From positions 19,008-83,007 of the forward strand of contig CAWCCQ010000005.1 of NCBI GenBank assembly GCA_963794215.1: a stretch of DNA of 64,000 bases, written 5' to 3'. The position numbers and the translations under genes are program-made. Below are positions 31,010 to 41,962 of the stretch, one piece after another. Numbering within the stretch: position 1 is the stretch's first letter; every line of letters starts with the position of its first letter. The notes beneath the pieces were generated by a model. It was not told where the DNA came from. It saw only the letters and a program-made list of their open reading frames with translations, and ran no database searches. Source of the stretch: an uncultured Acidimicrobiaceae bacterium (GTDB taxonomy: Bacteria > Actinomycetota > Acidimicrobiia > Acidimicrobiales > RAAP-2).

Positions 31010-32317
31010 TCATTCCACCCGGACGAGGTGGTAGTCCCGACGGCCCTTGCGGAGCACCACGTAACGACCGTGGAGCAGGTCGTCGGTCCTGAGCACCCGG
31101 TCAGGATCGGTGGCCCGAAGGTTGTTCACGTAGACGCCGCCCTGGGCCACCGCTCGACGAGCCTCACCCTTCGAGCGGGCGAGCCCGGTGTCGACCAGCA
31201 CATCGACCAAACGGCTGGACGACGTCCCGTCGTCGCTCACCAGCGCGGCCCGCGACAGGACGCTCGAGGGCGCCTCGTCCACCGCCTCGAGCAGTGTCTG
31301 CTCGTCGAGCGTGGCGATGTCCTCGGCGAACAGCGCCGCCGACGCCCGCTCGGCCCGAGCCACCCCGTCGGCCCCGTGCACCGACCCACAGACCTCATGA
31401 GCGAGGGCACGCTGGGCCGCTCGGCGCTCGGGCCGCTCGGCGACCTCGAGCTCGAGCTCGAGAATCTCCTCGTGCGAGAGGAAGGTGAGCAGGCGCAGGA
31501 GCGTGCCCACGATGTCGTCCTCGGCTCGCAGGAAGTACTGGTAGAAGCGGAACGGGCTCGTGCGCACCGGGTCCAGCCACACGGTGCCCGACTCGGTCTT
31601 GCCGAACTTGGTGCCGTCGGGCTTGGTCACGAGGGGCAGCGTCAGCCCGAACACCTCGTGGCCGGTCACCTTGCGCACGAGCTCGATGCCCATCGTGATA
31701 TTGCCCCATTGGTCGCTGCCGCCGATCTGCAGGGTGCACTCCCGATCGCGGTGCAGCTGCAAGAAGTCGTAGGCCTGCAGCAGCATGTAGCTGAACTCGG
31801 TGAACGAGATGCCCTGCCCCTCGCGCTCGAATCGGGACCGTACCGACTCCTTGGCCACCATCTGGTTGATGGTGAAGTGTTTGCCGACGTCTCGCAGGAA
31901 GTCGACCATCGTGATCCCCGACAGCCACCGCGAGTTGTCGAGCAGCGTGGCACGGGTAGAGCCGGCCGACGCGGAGAAATCCAGCAGCTGTTCGAGCTGC
32001 GGACCAATGCCCGCGAGGTTGGCGGCCAGCTCCTCGCTGCTCAGCATCGGCCGTTCGCTCGTCTTGCCGCCCGGGTCGCCGATGAGGCCCGTCCCGCCAC
32101 CGGCCACCGCGATCGGCGGGTTGCCGGCGAGCTGGAGTCGGCGCAGCGCGAACATGGGTACCAGGTGTCCGACGTGCAGGCTCGAGGCGCTCGGGTCGAA
32201 GCCGGCGTAGCCGACCACACCCCCGCGGTCGAGATGCCCGAGCACTGCGGGGTCACTCACCTGGTGCACGAGCCCGCGGAACTCCAGATCGGCCGAGAGC
32301 AACCCCACCGTCACCAC
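31010..32317 (-). CDS. tyrS: tyrosine-tRNA ligase
   Basis: HVGHL (HIGH) and KFGKT (KMSKS) class I motifs, GGSDQWGNI, and a C-terminal S4-like domain. GTG starts at 32317, 32314 or 32308 are all possible; the track ORF extends to 32347. Confidence 0.95.
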   Translation of the reverse strand: MVTVGLLSADLEFRGLVHQVSDPAVLGHLDRGGVVGYAGFDPSASSLHVGHLVPMFALRRLQLAGNPPIAVAGGGTGLIGDPGGKTSERPMLSSEELAANLAGIGPQLEQLLDFSASAGSTRATLLDNSRWLSGITMVDFLRDVGKHFTINQMVAKESVRSRFEREGQGISFTEFSYMLLQAYDFLQLHRDRECTLQIGGSDQWGNITMGIELVRKVTGHEVFGLTLPLVTKPDGTKFGKTESGTVWLDPVRTSPFRFYQYFLRAEDDIVGTLLRLLTFLSHEEILELELEVAERPERRAAQRALAHEVCGSVHGADGVARAERASAALFAEDIATLDEQTLLEAVDEAPSSVLSRAALVSDDGTSSSRLVDVLVDTGLARSKGEARRAVAQGGVYVNNLRATDPDRVLRTDDLLHGRYVVLRKGRRDYHLVRVE

Positions 32318-32367
32318 ACTGCCATATCGAGACCTGGTGCCCCGCACGGGGTCCGGACCGCTCCGTC

Positions 32368-34206
32368 TCAGTGCAGGGCCGCCTTGGCGGCGGCGCCCAC
32401 CGCGTCGAAGAGTCGCTGGTGCAGCGCGAGGTTGTCGCTCCGTGAGGGCATGCGGGCTCGGACGACCGCGATCCCGTGGCCGACGAGGCGTGCCAGCGCC
32501 GATGCGAGTTCGGCCGCCGAACCGGCCTCGGCGACCGACAATCCGAAGCCTGCGGCGACGGCGAGGACGTCCGGCGCCTGGGGCGTTCCGAAGAGCAGCT
32601 CGAAGGGGCCGAGCTCCAGGGCGCGGGCCTGCGGGAGGAACGAGAAGATGCCCCCGCCACCGTTGTCCACCACCACGAAGGTGCAGCCCGATCCGAGTAT
32701 CGGGCTCGACGACTGGACCAAAGCCGAGACGTCGTGCAAGAAGGCGAGATCACCCAGGACACACACCACGGGGCTCGGCCCGCCTGCTGCGAGCCCCAGC
32801 GCCGTCGAGCTCACCCCGTCGATCCCGTTCACGCCCCGATTGGCAAAGACCCGGGGCGGGGCCGCCACCGGCGGGGCGAAGGACTCGAAGTCACGCACCG
32901 GCATCGATGAAGAGACCAGCAGTCGGCAGTCCTGGGGAACCATGCCGAAGATCGACCGGGCCACCTCGGGCTCCGACATCCCGGTGGCGCTCAGGCTGCG
33001 GGGAGCGCCCACGCCAGGGGACGGCGCGAGCCCGAGCACGTCGTCGATGGTCGCCTGAGTGGCCCGCTCTACCCTGATCCAGGCCTCGAGCCAGGGCACC
33101 TGGTCGATGCTCGCTCGAGGATCCCCCTCCGAACTGCCCGGTCGGTTCCTGTGCTGGCCCTCGCCGAGCTCAGCTCGCAGCGCCTCGACCCAGGGTCCCG
33201 GCTGAGCACGCAGCACGGTGTCGGTCACGTGATCGGGGTCGCTCCACCGCCACCAAGGGTCGACCGCCACGATCTGCGCGCCAGCCGTCGAGGCTTCGGC
33301 GATCCATCCGGCGAGGGGTTTGGACGCCCAGGCCGATCCGAGCGTCAGTACCACCTCGGGGAGGAGAGCCTGGCGAACGGCCGGTTCCCGGAGGAACACG
33401 TCGACGCCGGCCACGACGAGCGGATCCTCGACCCGGCACCCCGACCGGGGATCGGCCAGCACGGGCCACCCCAGGCCTCGGGCGAGCTCGAGCACCCCGC
33501 TCGGCGGTCCACAGCCCTCGCCCACCACCAGCACACCGCGGCACGCCGACCAGTGGCCCCACCGGGTCGCCGACGCCGCATCGGTCGAACGCTCGGAAAC
33601 GTCGCTCGCGGCGCGCCATGCTGCATGAGTCGCTCGGCGACGCGGCAACGGGCCCGGCACGCCGATCAGGGGCTCGCGGAACCCCAGGTTGAGGTGGACG
33701 GGACCCGGACCCGACGGTCCGTCGACCGCTTCGACGTAGGCCCGTGAGGCGAGCGGTCGCCAGCTGCTTGCCGTGTCAGCTCGCGCGGTGTCGGGAGCAG
33801 CGAACCACCGGACCGCTCGGCCGAACAGATGGACCTGGTCGACGGTCTGGGGCGAGCCGACGTCTTGGAGCTCGGGAGGCCGGTCCGCCGTGCACACGAG
33901 CAGCGGCACGCACGAATGATGGGCTTCGAGCACGGAGGGGTGCAGCTCGGCCGCCGCGGTACCGCTCGTCGTGCACACCACGGTCGGCTGGCCAGTGGCG
34001 AGCGACAGCCCGAGAGCGTAGAAACCGGCGCTGCGCTCGTCCAGGCGGACGTGCACGCGCAGCCCCCCGGCCGCCAGCGCCAGAGCCATCGGCGTGGAAC
34101 GTGACCCGGGGCACACCACTGCGTCGCGCACGCCGAGCGCTGTCCACTCGTCGACGAGGGTGGCCGCGAAGGTCGCTTGATCCGAGGCGTGTGTCGGTAC
34201 GCTCAC
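32368..34206 (-). CDS. menD: 2-succinyl-5-enolpyruvyl-6-hydroxy-3-cyclohexene-1-carboxylate synthase
   Basis: CPGSRSTPMALALA, TSGTAAAELHPSVLEAHHSCVPLLVCTADRPPELQDVGSPQTVDQ, and the ThDP motif GDLAFLHDVSAL..VVVDNGGGGIF. The start is GTG 34206, or GTG 34254. Confidence 0.9.
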   Translation of the reverse strand: MSVPTHASDQATFAATLVDEWTALGVRDAVVCPGSRSTPMALALAAGGLRVHVRLDERSAGFYALGLSLATGQPTVVCTTSGTAAAELHPSVLEAHHSCVPLLVCTADRPPELQDVGSPQTVDQVHLFGRAVRWFAAPDTARADTASSWRPLASRAYVEAVDGPSGPGPVHLNLGFREPLIGVPGPLPRRRATHAAWRAASDVSERSTDAASATRWGHWSACRGVLVVGEGCGPPSGVLELARGLGWPVLADPRSGCRVEDPLVVAGVDVFLREPAVRQALLPEVVLTLGSAWASKPLAGWIAEASTAGAQIVAVDPWWRWSDPDHVTDTVLRAQPGPWVEALRAELGEGQHRNRPGSSEGDPRASIDQVPWLEAWIRVERATQATIDDVLGLAPSPGVGAPRSLSATGMSEPEVARSIFGMVPQDCRLLVSSSMPVRDFESFAPPVAAPPRVFANRGVNGIDGVSSTALGLAAGGPSPVVCVLGDLAFLHDVSALVQSSSPILGSGCTFVVVDNGGGGIFSFLPQARALELGPFELLFGTPQAPDVLAVAAGFGLSVAEAGSAAELASALARLVGHGIAVVRARMPSRSDNLALHQRLFDAVGAAAKAALH

Positions 34207-34211
34207 CGGCG

Positions 34212-35033
34212 ATGAGTGTCCTGCACTGGGAGAGCGTCGGAGACCGCGGCGCACCGGCGATCGTGCTGGCCCACGGGTTCACTCAGACTGGGCGCCTCTG
34301 GGGGGCGTTCGGCGACCGCCTTGGCCAGACCCACCACCTCGTGTTGGTGGACCTGCCCGGTCACGGCGGATCCAGCGACGTCGAGACCAACCTCGTCGAC
34401 GGGGCCGAACAGCTCGTCGAGGCGGCCGACGAAGCGCTGAACGGCGCCCCCTTCGACTTGCTCGGGTACTCGTTGGGGGCCCGGTTCGCGCTCCACGCCG
34501 CCTTGGCGCAGCCCGGCCGGGTGGCCCGGCTGGTCGTCATCGGTGCGACCGGAGGCATCGAAGACCCCGACGCAGCGGCGCGCCGTCGGGCCAGCGACGA
34601 GGCGATGGCCACAAGGCTCGAGTCCACCGGCGACCTGGCCGGCTTCCTCGAGGGCTGGCTGCAGGCCCCGATGTTCTTTGGCCTGCGTGCCGATGCTGCC
34701 GACCTGGCTGAACGCCTGCGCAATACGCCGCGCGGTCTCGCCTCGAGCCTGCGCCGGGCGGGCACCGGCACCCAGGCGCCGTTGTGGGACCGACTCGGGG
34801 CCGTTCCCGTGCCCGCACTCGTGGTGGCCGGACAGGACGACCCTCGTTTCGCGGCCCACGCGGCTCGGCTGGCGAGCATCATGCCCTCGGCCGCCTTCAG
34901 CCTGGTCCCCGGTGCCCGGCACGCCGCCCACCTTCACCAACCCGCGATCACCGCCCGGATGATCCAAGGCTGGCTGGACCATGCCCGTCCGATCGGGGAC
35001 GTCGGCACGCCACCGTCGGTGGCGCCCCCGTGA
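34212..35033 (+). CDS. menH: alpha/beta hydrolase, probable 2-succinyl-6-hydroxy-2,4-cyclohexadiene-1-carboxylate synthase
   Basis: 273 aa from ATG 34212, with HGFTQTG, the nucleophile elbow GYSLGA, and the late HAAHL motif. The assignment rests on the men cluster context. Confidence 0.7.
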   Translation: MSVLHWESVGDRGAPAIVLAHGFTQTGRLWGAFGDRLGQTHHLVLVDLPGHGGSSDVETNLVDGAEQLVEAADEALNGAPFDLLGYSLGARFALHAALAQPGRVARLVVIGATGGIEDPDAAARRRASDEAMATRLESTGDLAGFLEGWLQAPMFFGLRADAADLAERLRNTPRGLASSLRRAGTGTQAPLWDRLGAVPVPALVVAGQDDPRFAAHAARLASIMPSAAFSLVPGARHAAHLHQPAITARMIQGWLDHARPIGDVGTPPSVAPP

Positions 35034-35044
35034 GCCCGCGTCCC

Positions 35045-36132
35045 TCACAACACGATCCCGAGCGCGAGCAGTAGCCCCACGGCGAGCTGCAGACGCCCGG
35101 TCGCTCCGAGCACCGGAAGCAGGTCCCGTCCGTTGGCGCCGCGCAGCACCAGACGAAGAGGGCGTAGGGCCAAGGGGAACGCCAACAGTGCGAGCAGCGC
35201 CCACGGGCGAACGAGTCCGACCAGCACGATCCCGAGGGCAACGAGCACCACGGAACCCACATAGAGCCATCCGGCGCGGCGGCGACCGAGCCGAACGGCG
35301 AGCGTCCGCTTGTTGGCGACCGCATCCCCGTCGATATCGCGCAGGTTATTGGCCTCCAGCAAGGCGGTGGCCAACAGGCCCACAGGAACCGCCGCCCAGA
35401 GCGCCAGCAGCCAGTCGAAATGCTCCCTGGCCGTGGCGATCGCCACCGGCGGACCCCACAGGTGCCCGTACTGGACGAACGCCGAACCCGCCGTGGCCAC
35501 CACGCCGAAGAACACGAAGACGAAGACCTCACCCAGCCCGAGGTAGCCGTACGGGCGGGGCCCACCGGTATAGAGCCAACCGGCAGCCATGCACGCCGCC
35601 CCGACCGGCACGAGCCACCAGGTGGTGGCCGCCGCCAAGGCCAGTCCGGCCACCCCGGCCACCCCGAAGGCACCGAGGGCTGCGCCACGAACCGCAGCTG
35701 GTGACGCCAAGCCCGACGCCACGAGACGAAGCGGGCCGACCCGGGCCGCATCGGTGCCCCGAATCCCATCGGCGTAGTCGTTGGCGTAGTTGGTCCCGAC
35801 CTGCACGGCCAGGGCCACCACCAGCGCGACAGCGCGCGCCACACGATCAGACCTTGTAGCCCACCCACCGGCCCGACCGGCATTGAGCGCAGACCTGGCG
35901 TGGTCGCCAACCGTTGGGCCGCCCGTGCCAACGTCCACCCGGCCGCGGTACCGACCAGCACGGGAACGACGGCCGCCGGCAGAGTCCTGGGCCGCGCGCC
36001 GAGCACCCAGCGGCGCACCGGCCCGGGGGGCGCTCCAGGCTCGCGCAGCGAGCGATCGCTCGAGGAGCTCGCAGCGGTGCGAGGGTTCACGGTCCTCGCA
36101 GGTTCTCGGGCCTCCCCACCCGTCGGGCTCAC
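35045..36132 (-). pseudogene. menA: 1,4-dihydroxy-2-naphthoate polyprenyltransferase, one apparent frameshift as assembled
   Basis: The N-terminus (..VRRWVLGARPRTLPAAVVPVLVGTAAGW) lies in the frame of ORF 34948..36567. The rest (ARAVALVVALAVQVGTNYANDYADGIRGTD...) lies in ORF 35045..35938. The switch lies somewhere in 35845-35935. GTG 36132 overlaps the menB stop as GTGA. Confidence 0.8.
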
Positions 36133-37037
36133 GGACGGCGCGGGAAGCGTGAGAAGTCCGGGTCGCGCCGCTGCACGTAGGCGTCCCGTCCTTCTTGGCC
36201 CTCCTCGGTCATGTAGAAGAGCATCGTCGCGTCGCCGGCCAACTGCTGGACCCCGGTGAGCCCGTCGTCGGCCGCGTTGAACCCGGCCTTCAACATGCGA
36301 AGAGCGATCGGCGAGAGCGTGAGCATCCGACGGCACCACGCCACCGTCTCGCGCTCGAGGTCCTCGAGGGGCACGACGGCATTGACGAGACCCCACTCGA
36401 GCGCCTGGGGACCGTCGTACTGGCGGCACAAGAACCAGATCTCCTTGGCCCGCTTGAGCCCGACCGTGCGGGCGAGCAGCCCCGAGCCAAATCCCCCGTC
36501 GAAGCTCCCCACCCTCGGGCCGGTCTGCCCGAAGCGCGCGTTGTCGGCGGCGATGGTCAGGTCGCACACGAGGTGCAGGACGTGCCCGCCGCCGATGGCG
36601 TAGCCGGCCACCATGGCGACCACGGGCTTGGGCAGGCGCCGGATCTGGACCTGGAGGTCCAAGACGTTGAGCCGGCCGATCCCGCGCTTGGCCACTTCGT
36701 CGTCGCCTAGGTACCCGTCGTTGCCCCGGATCCGCTGATCGCCGCCCGAGCAGAACGCGTCGGGTCCCTCACCGGTCAGGATGACCGCGCCGACCTCGGA
36801 GTCGTCGCGGGCCAGCCCGAAGGCCTCGGCCAGCTCGAAGAGGGTCTGGGGCCGGAACGCGTTGCGCACCTCGGGGCGGCAGATCGTGATCTTTGCGATC
36901 CCTTCAGCCACCTCGTAGCGGATGTCGACGAAGGCCCGACGAATCTCCCAGTCGGGGGCCGGAAGGGCGCGCAGGGGCTCGAGCGGATCCGTGGGAGCGC
37001 CGACGACGACCGTCCGAGGAGCGATGGGTTCGGTCAC
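36129..37037 (-). CDS. menB: 1,4-dihydroxy-2-naphthoyl-CoA synthase
   Basis: 302-aa crotonase-fold ORF with [17 protein letters not shown] and [45 protein letters not shown]. Confidence 0.95.
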   Translation of the reverse strand: MTEPIAPRTVVVGAPTDPLEPLRALPAPDWEIRRAFVDIRYEVAEGIAKITICRPEVRNAFRPQTLFELAEAFGLARDDSEVGAVILTGEGPDAFCSGGDQRIRGNDGYLGDDEVAKRGIGRLNVLDLQVQIRRLPKPVVAMVAGYAIGGGHVLHLVCDLTIAADNARFGQTGPRVGSFDGGFGSGLLARTVGLKRAKEIWFLCRQYDGPQALEWGLVNAVVPLEDLERETVAWCRRMLTLSPIALRMLKAGFNAADDGLTGVQQLAGDATMLFYMTEEGQEGRDAYVQRRDPDFSRFPRRP

Positions 37038-37058
37038 GGCGACCTACGCTACCGGCCG

Positions 37059-38210
37059 ATGCGCGAGCTCGTGGCACTCGACCTGGCCGGCGGTCCGGAG
37101 TTCGTCCGCGCGCTGCGCACGGTGTGGGACCACGGCGACGCCGCCGCTCCCCTGGATAGCCGCTTGCCAATGGCGGCCCGGCGCGCCCAACTCGCCGCCC
37201 TCCAGCCCACCGCGGTACTCGGTCCAGACGGTGCCCGCACGGCGCTGGAGGGCGGCCGGCCCGTTGACGATGGCGATGCCCTCGTCCTCTGCACGAGCGG
37301 GTCGACCGGCGAGCCCCGGGCCGTCGTCCTGACCCACGACGCCGTGCTCGCGTCGGCTCGGGCGACCTCAGCTCGCCTCGGGATCGACCCCGGGCGTCAC
37401 CACTGGTTGGCGTGCCTCCCCTTAGCCCACATCGGTGGCTTGTCGGTCGTGACCAGAGCGCTCGCCACGGGCACCCCGCTCACGGTGCTACCCGGGTTCG
37501 ACGCGGAGTGGGTGGTCCGGGCGGCAGCGAGGGGCGCCACCCATGTCTCGTTGGTCGCCACCGCGCTGGGCCGCATCGATCCGGCGCTCTTCACGCTGGT
37601 GCTCTTGGGCGGGGCGGCCCCGCCGGAGCGCACGGCGGACAACGTCGTCACGACCTACGGCCTCACCGAGACCGGCTCAGGGGTGGTCTACGACGGGCGA
37701 GCCCTCGACGGGGTGGAGGTGGCGATCGGCAACGGGACGCCAGATGGCGGGCGGGCCGGGGAGATTCTGCTGCGGGGCCCGATGTTGCTGCGCTGCTACC
37801 GCGACGGCACCGACCCATCTGTGCCGGGCGCCGACGCCGCCGGCGGGTGGCTTCCCACAGGCGACGGCGGCTACGTCGGCCCCGACGGGCGGCTCGTGGT
37901 GCTTGGTCGGCTCGACGAGGTGATCGTGACCGGCGGCGAGAAGGTATGGCCGGCGGCCGTCGAGCGGGTCCTTGCCGGGCTGCCGTCGGTCGGTGCAGTG
38001 GCGGTGTGGAAGCGACCCGACCGCGAGTGGGGTGAGCGGGTGGTGGCCTGGGTGATCCCCGCTCCGGGGACCACCGGGCCCGACCTCGCCGAGCTGCACG
38101 ACGCAGTGGTGGCCGAGCTTGCCCCGTGGGCCGCGCCCAAGGAGCTCGTTCTCGTCGACACCTTGCCGCGCACCGCCTCGGGCAAGGTGCGCCACAACGA
38201 GCTTCGCTAA
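37059..38210 (+). CDS. menE: o-succinylbenzoate-CoA ligase (short actinobacterial type)
   Basis: AMP-binding motifs LCTSGSTGEPRAVVLTH, YGLTETG and GDGGYVGPDGRLVVLGRLDE, with a terminal SGKV. It lies in the men cluster. Confidence 0.8.
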   Translation: MRELVALDLAGGPEFVRALRTVWDHGDAAAPLDSRLPMAARRAQLAALQPTAVLGPDGARTALEGGRPVDDGDALVLCTSGSTGEPRAVVLTHDAVLASARATSARLGIDPGRHHWLACLPLAHIGGLSVVTRALATGTPLTVLPGFDAEWVVRAAARGATHVSLVATALGRIDPALFTLVLLGGAAPPERTADNVVTTYGLTETGSGVVYDGRALDGVEVAIGNGTPDGGRAGEILLRGPMLLRCYRDGTDPSVPGADAAGGWLPTGDGGYVGPDGRLVVLGRLDEVIVTGGEKVWPAAVERVLAGLPSVGAVAVWKRPDREWGERVVAWVIPAPGTTGPDLAELHDAVVAELAPWAAPKELVLVDTLPRTASGKVRHNELR

Positions 38211-38240
38211 CGAGCTTCGCTGACGACGCGAGCGGGGCTC

Positions 38241-39017
38241 TCAGCCGATGGAGCCGTTGGGCTGGACCATGGCCCCACCGTCCACCACGATGACCTGTCC
38301 GGTGATCCACGAGGCCGCGTCCGACGCCAGGAACACGGCGGCGGACGCTACGTCCTCGGGCTCGCCGATCCGGCCGAGCGGTGTCCTCGCGACAACCCGG
38401 GCCAGGTCGGGTTCCCAGAGGGCACGGGCGAACTCGGTCCTGATCAGCCCCGGCGCGATGGCGTTCACCCGCACGCCTGGGGCTAGCTCGAGGGCGAGCT
38501 GGCGGGTCAGGGCGACGACGGCCGCTTTGGTCACGTTGTACCAACCGATGTCCGGCTCGGGGGTCAGCCCGCCCACCGAGGCCAAGTTGATGACGCTGCC
38601 CCCGTGCTGGGCCATCCATCGGTCCCAGGCGATCTGGGTCCACCGCAACGGCCCGAGTTGATTGACCGAGACCGTCTTGTCCGCCCTCGAACGGTCGATG
38701 TCGACCATGGGGCCCATGTACGGATTGGTGGCGGCGTTGTTGACCAGGATGTCGAGCCGGCCGAACCGTTCGATCGTCGCATCCACGCAGGCCGAGGCCT
38801 GCTCGGGATCGCCGGCGTTGGCTGCGAACCACGTCGTCGCGCCACGGGTCGGGGCCAACGTGGACACCGCCTCCTCGAGCGCCTCGGGCTTTCGGGAGGA
38901 CAGCATCACGTTCGCGCCGGCCTCGGCGAGGCGCCGGGCGATGGCCAGGCCGATTCCCCGACTCGCTCCGGTCACGACCGCGGTCCTGGCGCTGAGATCG
39001 AGCTCCATGGCTGGCAC
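38241..39017 (-). CDS. SDR-family oxidoreductase
   Basis: [14 protein letters not shown] and YNVTKAA (YxxxK) motifs; 258 aa. Confidence 0.85.
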   Translation of the reverse strand: MPAMELDLSARTAVVTGASRGIGLAIARRLAEAGANVMLSSRKPEALEEAVSTLAPTRGATTWFAANAGDPEQASACVDATIERFGRLDILVNNAATNPYMGPMVDIDRSRADKTVSVNQLGPLRWTQIAWDRWMAQHGGSVINLASVGGLTPEPDIGWYNVTKAAVVALTRQLALELAPGVRVNAIAPGLIRTEFARALWEPDLARVVARTPLGRIGEPEDVASAAVFLASDAASWITGQVIVVDGGAMVQPNGSIG

Positions 39018-39055
39018 GCTACGCGATCAGCCGGTTCGCCGAGGCCGGCGCAGGG

Positions 39056-41170
39056 GTGTCTAGCATCGTCGACGTGAACCACCTCGGGTCCGAGACGAGC
39101 CCCTACCTGCGCCAGCACGCGGACAACCCGGTGGAGTGGTATCCATGGGGGCCAGAGGCCTTCGAACGAGCGCGGCTCGAGGACAAACCGCTCTTCGTCT
39201 CGATCGGCTATGCCTCGTGCCACTGGTGCCACGTGATGGCTCACGAGAGCTTCGAGGACCCCGCGGTGGGGGTCGAGCTGGCCCGCTCCTTCGTGTCGGT
39301 CAAGGTGGACCGCGAGGAGCGACCCGACGTGGACACCGTGTACATGAACGCGGTGCTCGCCCTCACCGGGTCGGGTGGATGGCCGATGAGTGTGTTCTGC
39401 ACCCCCGACGGACGCCCCTTCTACGCCGGCACCTATTATCCGCCGACCGAGCGCTCGGGCATGCCGTCGTTCCGTGCGGTGCTCAGCGCCATGGCCGACG
39501 CCTGGTCCACTCGGCGGCCCGAGGTCGAGCGCCAGGCCGACGCGCTGGCGGGCGCGGTGGCCGAAGAGGTGGGCGTCCTCGACGAGGCGGCCCGTCACGT
39601 CGCGGCCGGTGTGGGGAGCGCGCTCCCGAGCAGCGCAGACGTTGGTGCCCGGATCGTCACCGAGCTCGAGCCCCGTTTCGACCCCGAGTGGGGAGGCTTC
39701 GGCGGCGCGCCGAAGTTCCCCAGGCCCTCCTTTGTCGAGCACTGCCTTCGCCAGCATGGGCGCACCGGCGATCCCGCCGCCCGCACCATGGCCCGGCGCA
39801 CCCTCGACGCCATGGCCACTGGCGGCATCTACGACCACCTGGTCGGGGGGTTTTGCCGGTACTCGACCGACCGGCGGTGGCTGGTGCCCCACTTCGAGAA
39901 GATGCTCACCGACCAGGCGCTGCTGGCCAGGGCCTACCTGCACTCGTGGCAGGCGACCGACGACCCCGACCATCTGCTGGTCGCCACCGAGACGATCGAG
40001 TACGTGCTCGACGTGCTCGACGCCCCCGGGGGCGGCCTGTTCTCCTCCCAGGACGCCGACGCCGCGGGGGTAGAGGGCGCGCACGCCACCTTCACGCCCG
40101 CCCAGGTCCGAGAGGTTCTGGACGCCGCCGGTCGGCTCGAGCTGCTCGACGATGTCCTCGAGTGGTACTCGATCACCGAGGACGGCGATTGGGAGGGTAC
40201 CTCGATACCCCACCGCCCGCTCGGCGCACCGCTCGCTCGGCCCCCGGCGATCCAAGAGGCCCGGGCGCTCCTCGCTGCGGCCCGGGGGCGACGAGCCCAA
40301 CCGGCCACCGACGACAAGGTCCTCACCGAGTGGAACGCCATGTTCGCGGCCACCTTGGCCGAGGCGGCGGCCGCCACCGGCATCGCCCGTTGGGCCCGTC
40401 GGGCCGAGGGGGTCATGGAGTTCCTCTTCCGCGAGCTGCGACGACCCGAGGACGCACGCTGGCTGCGGAGCTGGCAAGGGGGCAGGGCACGCCATCTCGC
40501 CCTCGCCGCGGATTTGGCTTGGGTGGTCGACGCCTGCACCCGGCTCGGCGAGCTGACCGGCAAGGCCCAGTGGACGACCCGGGCGATGGAGGTCGCCGAC
40601 GACCTGCTCGCCAACTTCTGGGATGCCCCAGCACCCGAGCAGTCCGGTGCCCCCGCCGAGGCAACGGGTGGGCTAGGCGGGTTGTTCACCACCGGCAACG
40701 ATGCCGAGGAACTGATCGTCCGAGCAAAGGACATCGTCGACGGGGCGATACCCGCGGCGAACTCAGTGGCCGCCGGGGCTCTTTTGCGATTGGCCGCCCT
40801 GAGCGGCGTCGATCGCTACCGAGCGGCTGGGCAGCGCATCGTGGAGCTCGCCGGGCCGCTGCTGGTCGCCAACCCGATGGCCGTCCCCGATCTGGCCGCC
40901 GCGATCGGGCTGATCGACGACGGCGTCGAGGTCCTCGTCGCCGGGGACCGCCCCGATCTGGTCAAAGAGGTCCACCACCGATGGCTACCGACCACGGTGC
41001 TGGCGTGGGGCGAGCGGACGCCGAGTCCCTTGTGGGAGGGACGGGACGACGGTATGGCCTATCTCTGCCGCGGCTTCTCTTGTCGAGCACCCACCGGCGA
41101 CCGTCACGCGCTGGCGGGGCAGTTGGCCGAGCTGGCGGTGGTTGCACACGGGCGGGACGGCGACCGGTGA
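39056..41170 (+). CDS. thioredoxin-domain (DUF255 / YyaL-like) protein
   Basis: [52 protein letters not shown], followed by a long alpha/alpha-toroid-like region; 704 aa. An alternative GTG start lies at 39074. Confidence 0.85.
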   Translation: MSSIVDVNHLGSETSPYLRQHADNPVEWYPWGPEAFERARLEDKPLFVSIGYASCHWCHVMAHESFEDPAVGVELARSFVSVKVDREERPDVDTVYMNAVLALTGSGGWPMSVFCTPDGRPFYAGTYYPPTERSGMPSFRAVLSAMADAWSTRRPEVERQADALAGAVAEEVGVLDEAARHVAAGVGSALPSSADVGARIVTELEPRFDPEWGGFGGAPKFPRPSFVEHCLRQHGRTGDPAARTMARRTLDAMATGGIYDHLVGGFCRYSTDRRWLVPHFEKMLTDQALLARAYLHSWQATDDPDHLLVATETIEYVLDVLDAPGGGLFSSQDADAAGVEGAHATFTPAQVREVLDAAGRLELLDDVLEWYSITEDGDWEGTSIPHRPLGAPLARPPAIQEARALLAAARGRRAQPATDDKVLTEWNAMFAATLAEAAAATGIARWARRAEGVMEFLFRELRRPEDARWLRSWQGGRARHLALAADLAWVVDACTRLGELTGKAQWTTRAMEVADDLLANFWDAPAPEQSGAPAEATGGLGGLFTTGNDAEELIVRAKDIVDGAIPAANSVAAGALLRLAALSGVDRYRAAGQRIVELAGPLLVANPMAVPDLAAAIGLIDDGVEVLVAGDRPDLVKEVHHRWLPTTVLAWGERTPSPLWEGRDDGMAYLCRGFSCRAPTGDRHALAGQLAELAVVAHGRDGDR

Positions 41171-41910
41171 GCGGCGAGGGGCCCAGCTTCGGGCGTCAGG
41201 CACCCAACGAGCTGAGGGGCGGCACGGCGCGGGCGCTGTTGAAAGAGTCGGGCAGGCGGGCCCGGGTGCTCGTGGCCGGAGGCTCAGAGCTACGGCTCTT
41301 GGTCCTCGCCACGTCACAGGACGACTCGATCTGCGTGGATCTCGCGTCGGGAGCGGTGCTTCGGCTCCGCATCCCGTGGCCCGAGGACCACGGGCCCGAC
41401 CTCGCCGCCTTCGACGTGGTGGAAGCGACGCTCGCCGACGACCCCGAGCTGGACGATTTGGCCCAACCCGAGGCGGCGACCGGGGCTGGGCTTCCCCGGC
41501 AGGTGGGCACGCTGCGGGGCCGGCGCGTCCGGCGCCTGCTCGAGCGTCTCGCCGCGCCGCCCGACGGCCAACTCCTGGGCTTCGCCGGGCCCTCGGCGCC
41601 GTACTGGGAGTTCCGGGGGGCTCGTCCGTCGGTCGCGTTGGTCGTGCCCGGGCGAGGGCCACAGCTCATTCGCCGCCGGGCGGACAATTCGACCTGGGTC
41701 AGGTTCGGCTGGAACCGCGACGACGTCTGGCTCCCGGTGGAGGACTCCCACGCGGCCAGAGCGCTCGACGCGGCCCGCCGCGAGCGCCTCTCGGGCAAGG
41801 ACCTGGCCAATGCGCTGGGCTACCGGCCCCACTACGTGCTGACCGCACTCAGCCGCCCGCGCGACGGCCACTGCTACAAGGTGTGCGCCGCCATCTTGCC
41901 GTCGGGTTGA
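41167..41910 (+). CDS. hypothetical protein, translationally coupled to the DUF255 gene
   Basis: 247 aa from GTG 41167, which overlaps the upstream stop as GTGA. It has coding-like bias and the C-terminal motif [16 protein letters not shown]. No family recognised. Confidence 0.6.
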   Translation: MSGEGPSFGRQAPNELRGGTARALLKESGRRARVLVAGGSELRLLVLATSQDDSICVDLASGAVLRLRIPWPEDHGPDLAAFDVVEATLADDPELDDLAQPEAATGAGLPRQVGTLRGRRVRRLLERLAAPPDGQLLGFAGPSAPYWEFRGARPSVALVVPGRGPQLIRRRADNSTWVRFGWNRDDVWLPVEDSHAARALDAARRERLSGKDLANALGYRPHYVLTALSRPRDGHCYKVCAAILPSG

Positions 41911-41962
41911 GCATCCTGGCGTCGGGTCGAGGAGCCCGAGGGCGCAAAGGAGGTGCGGGAAT

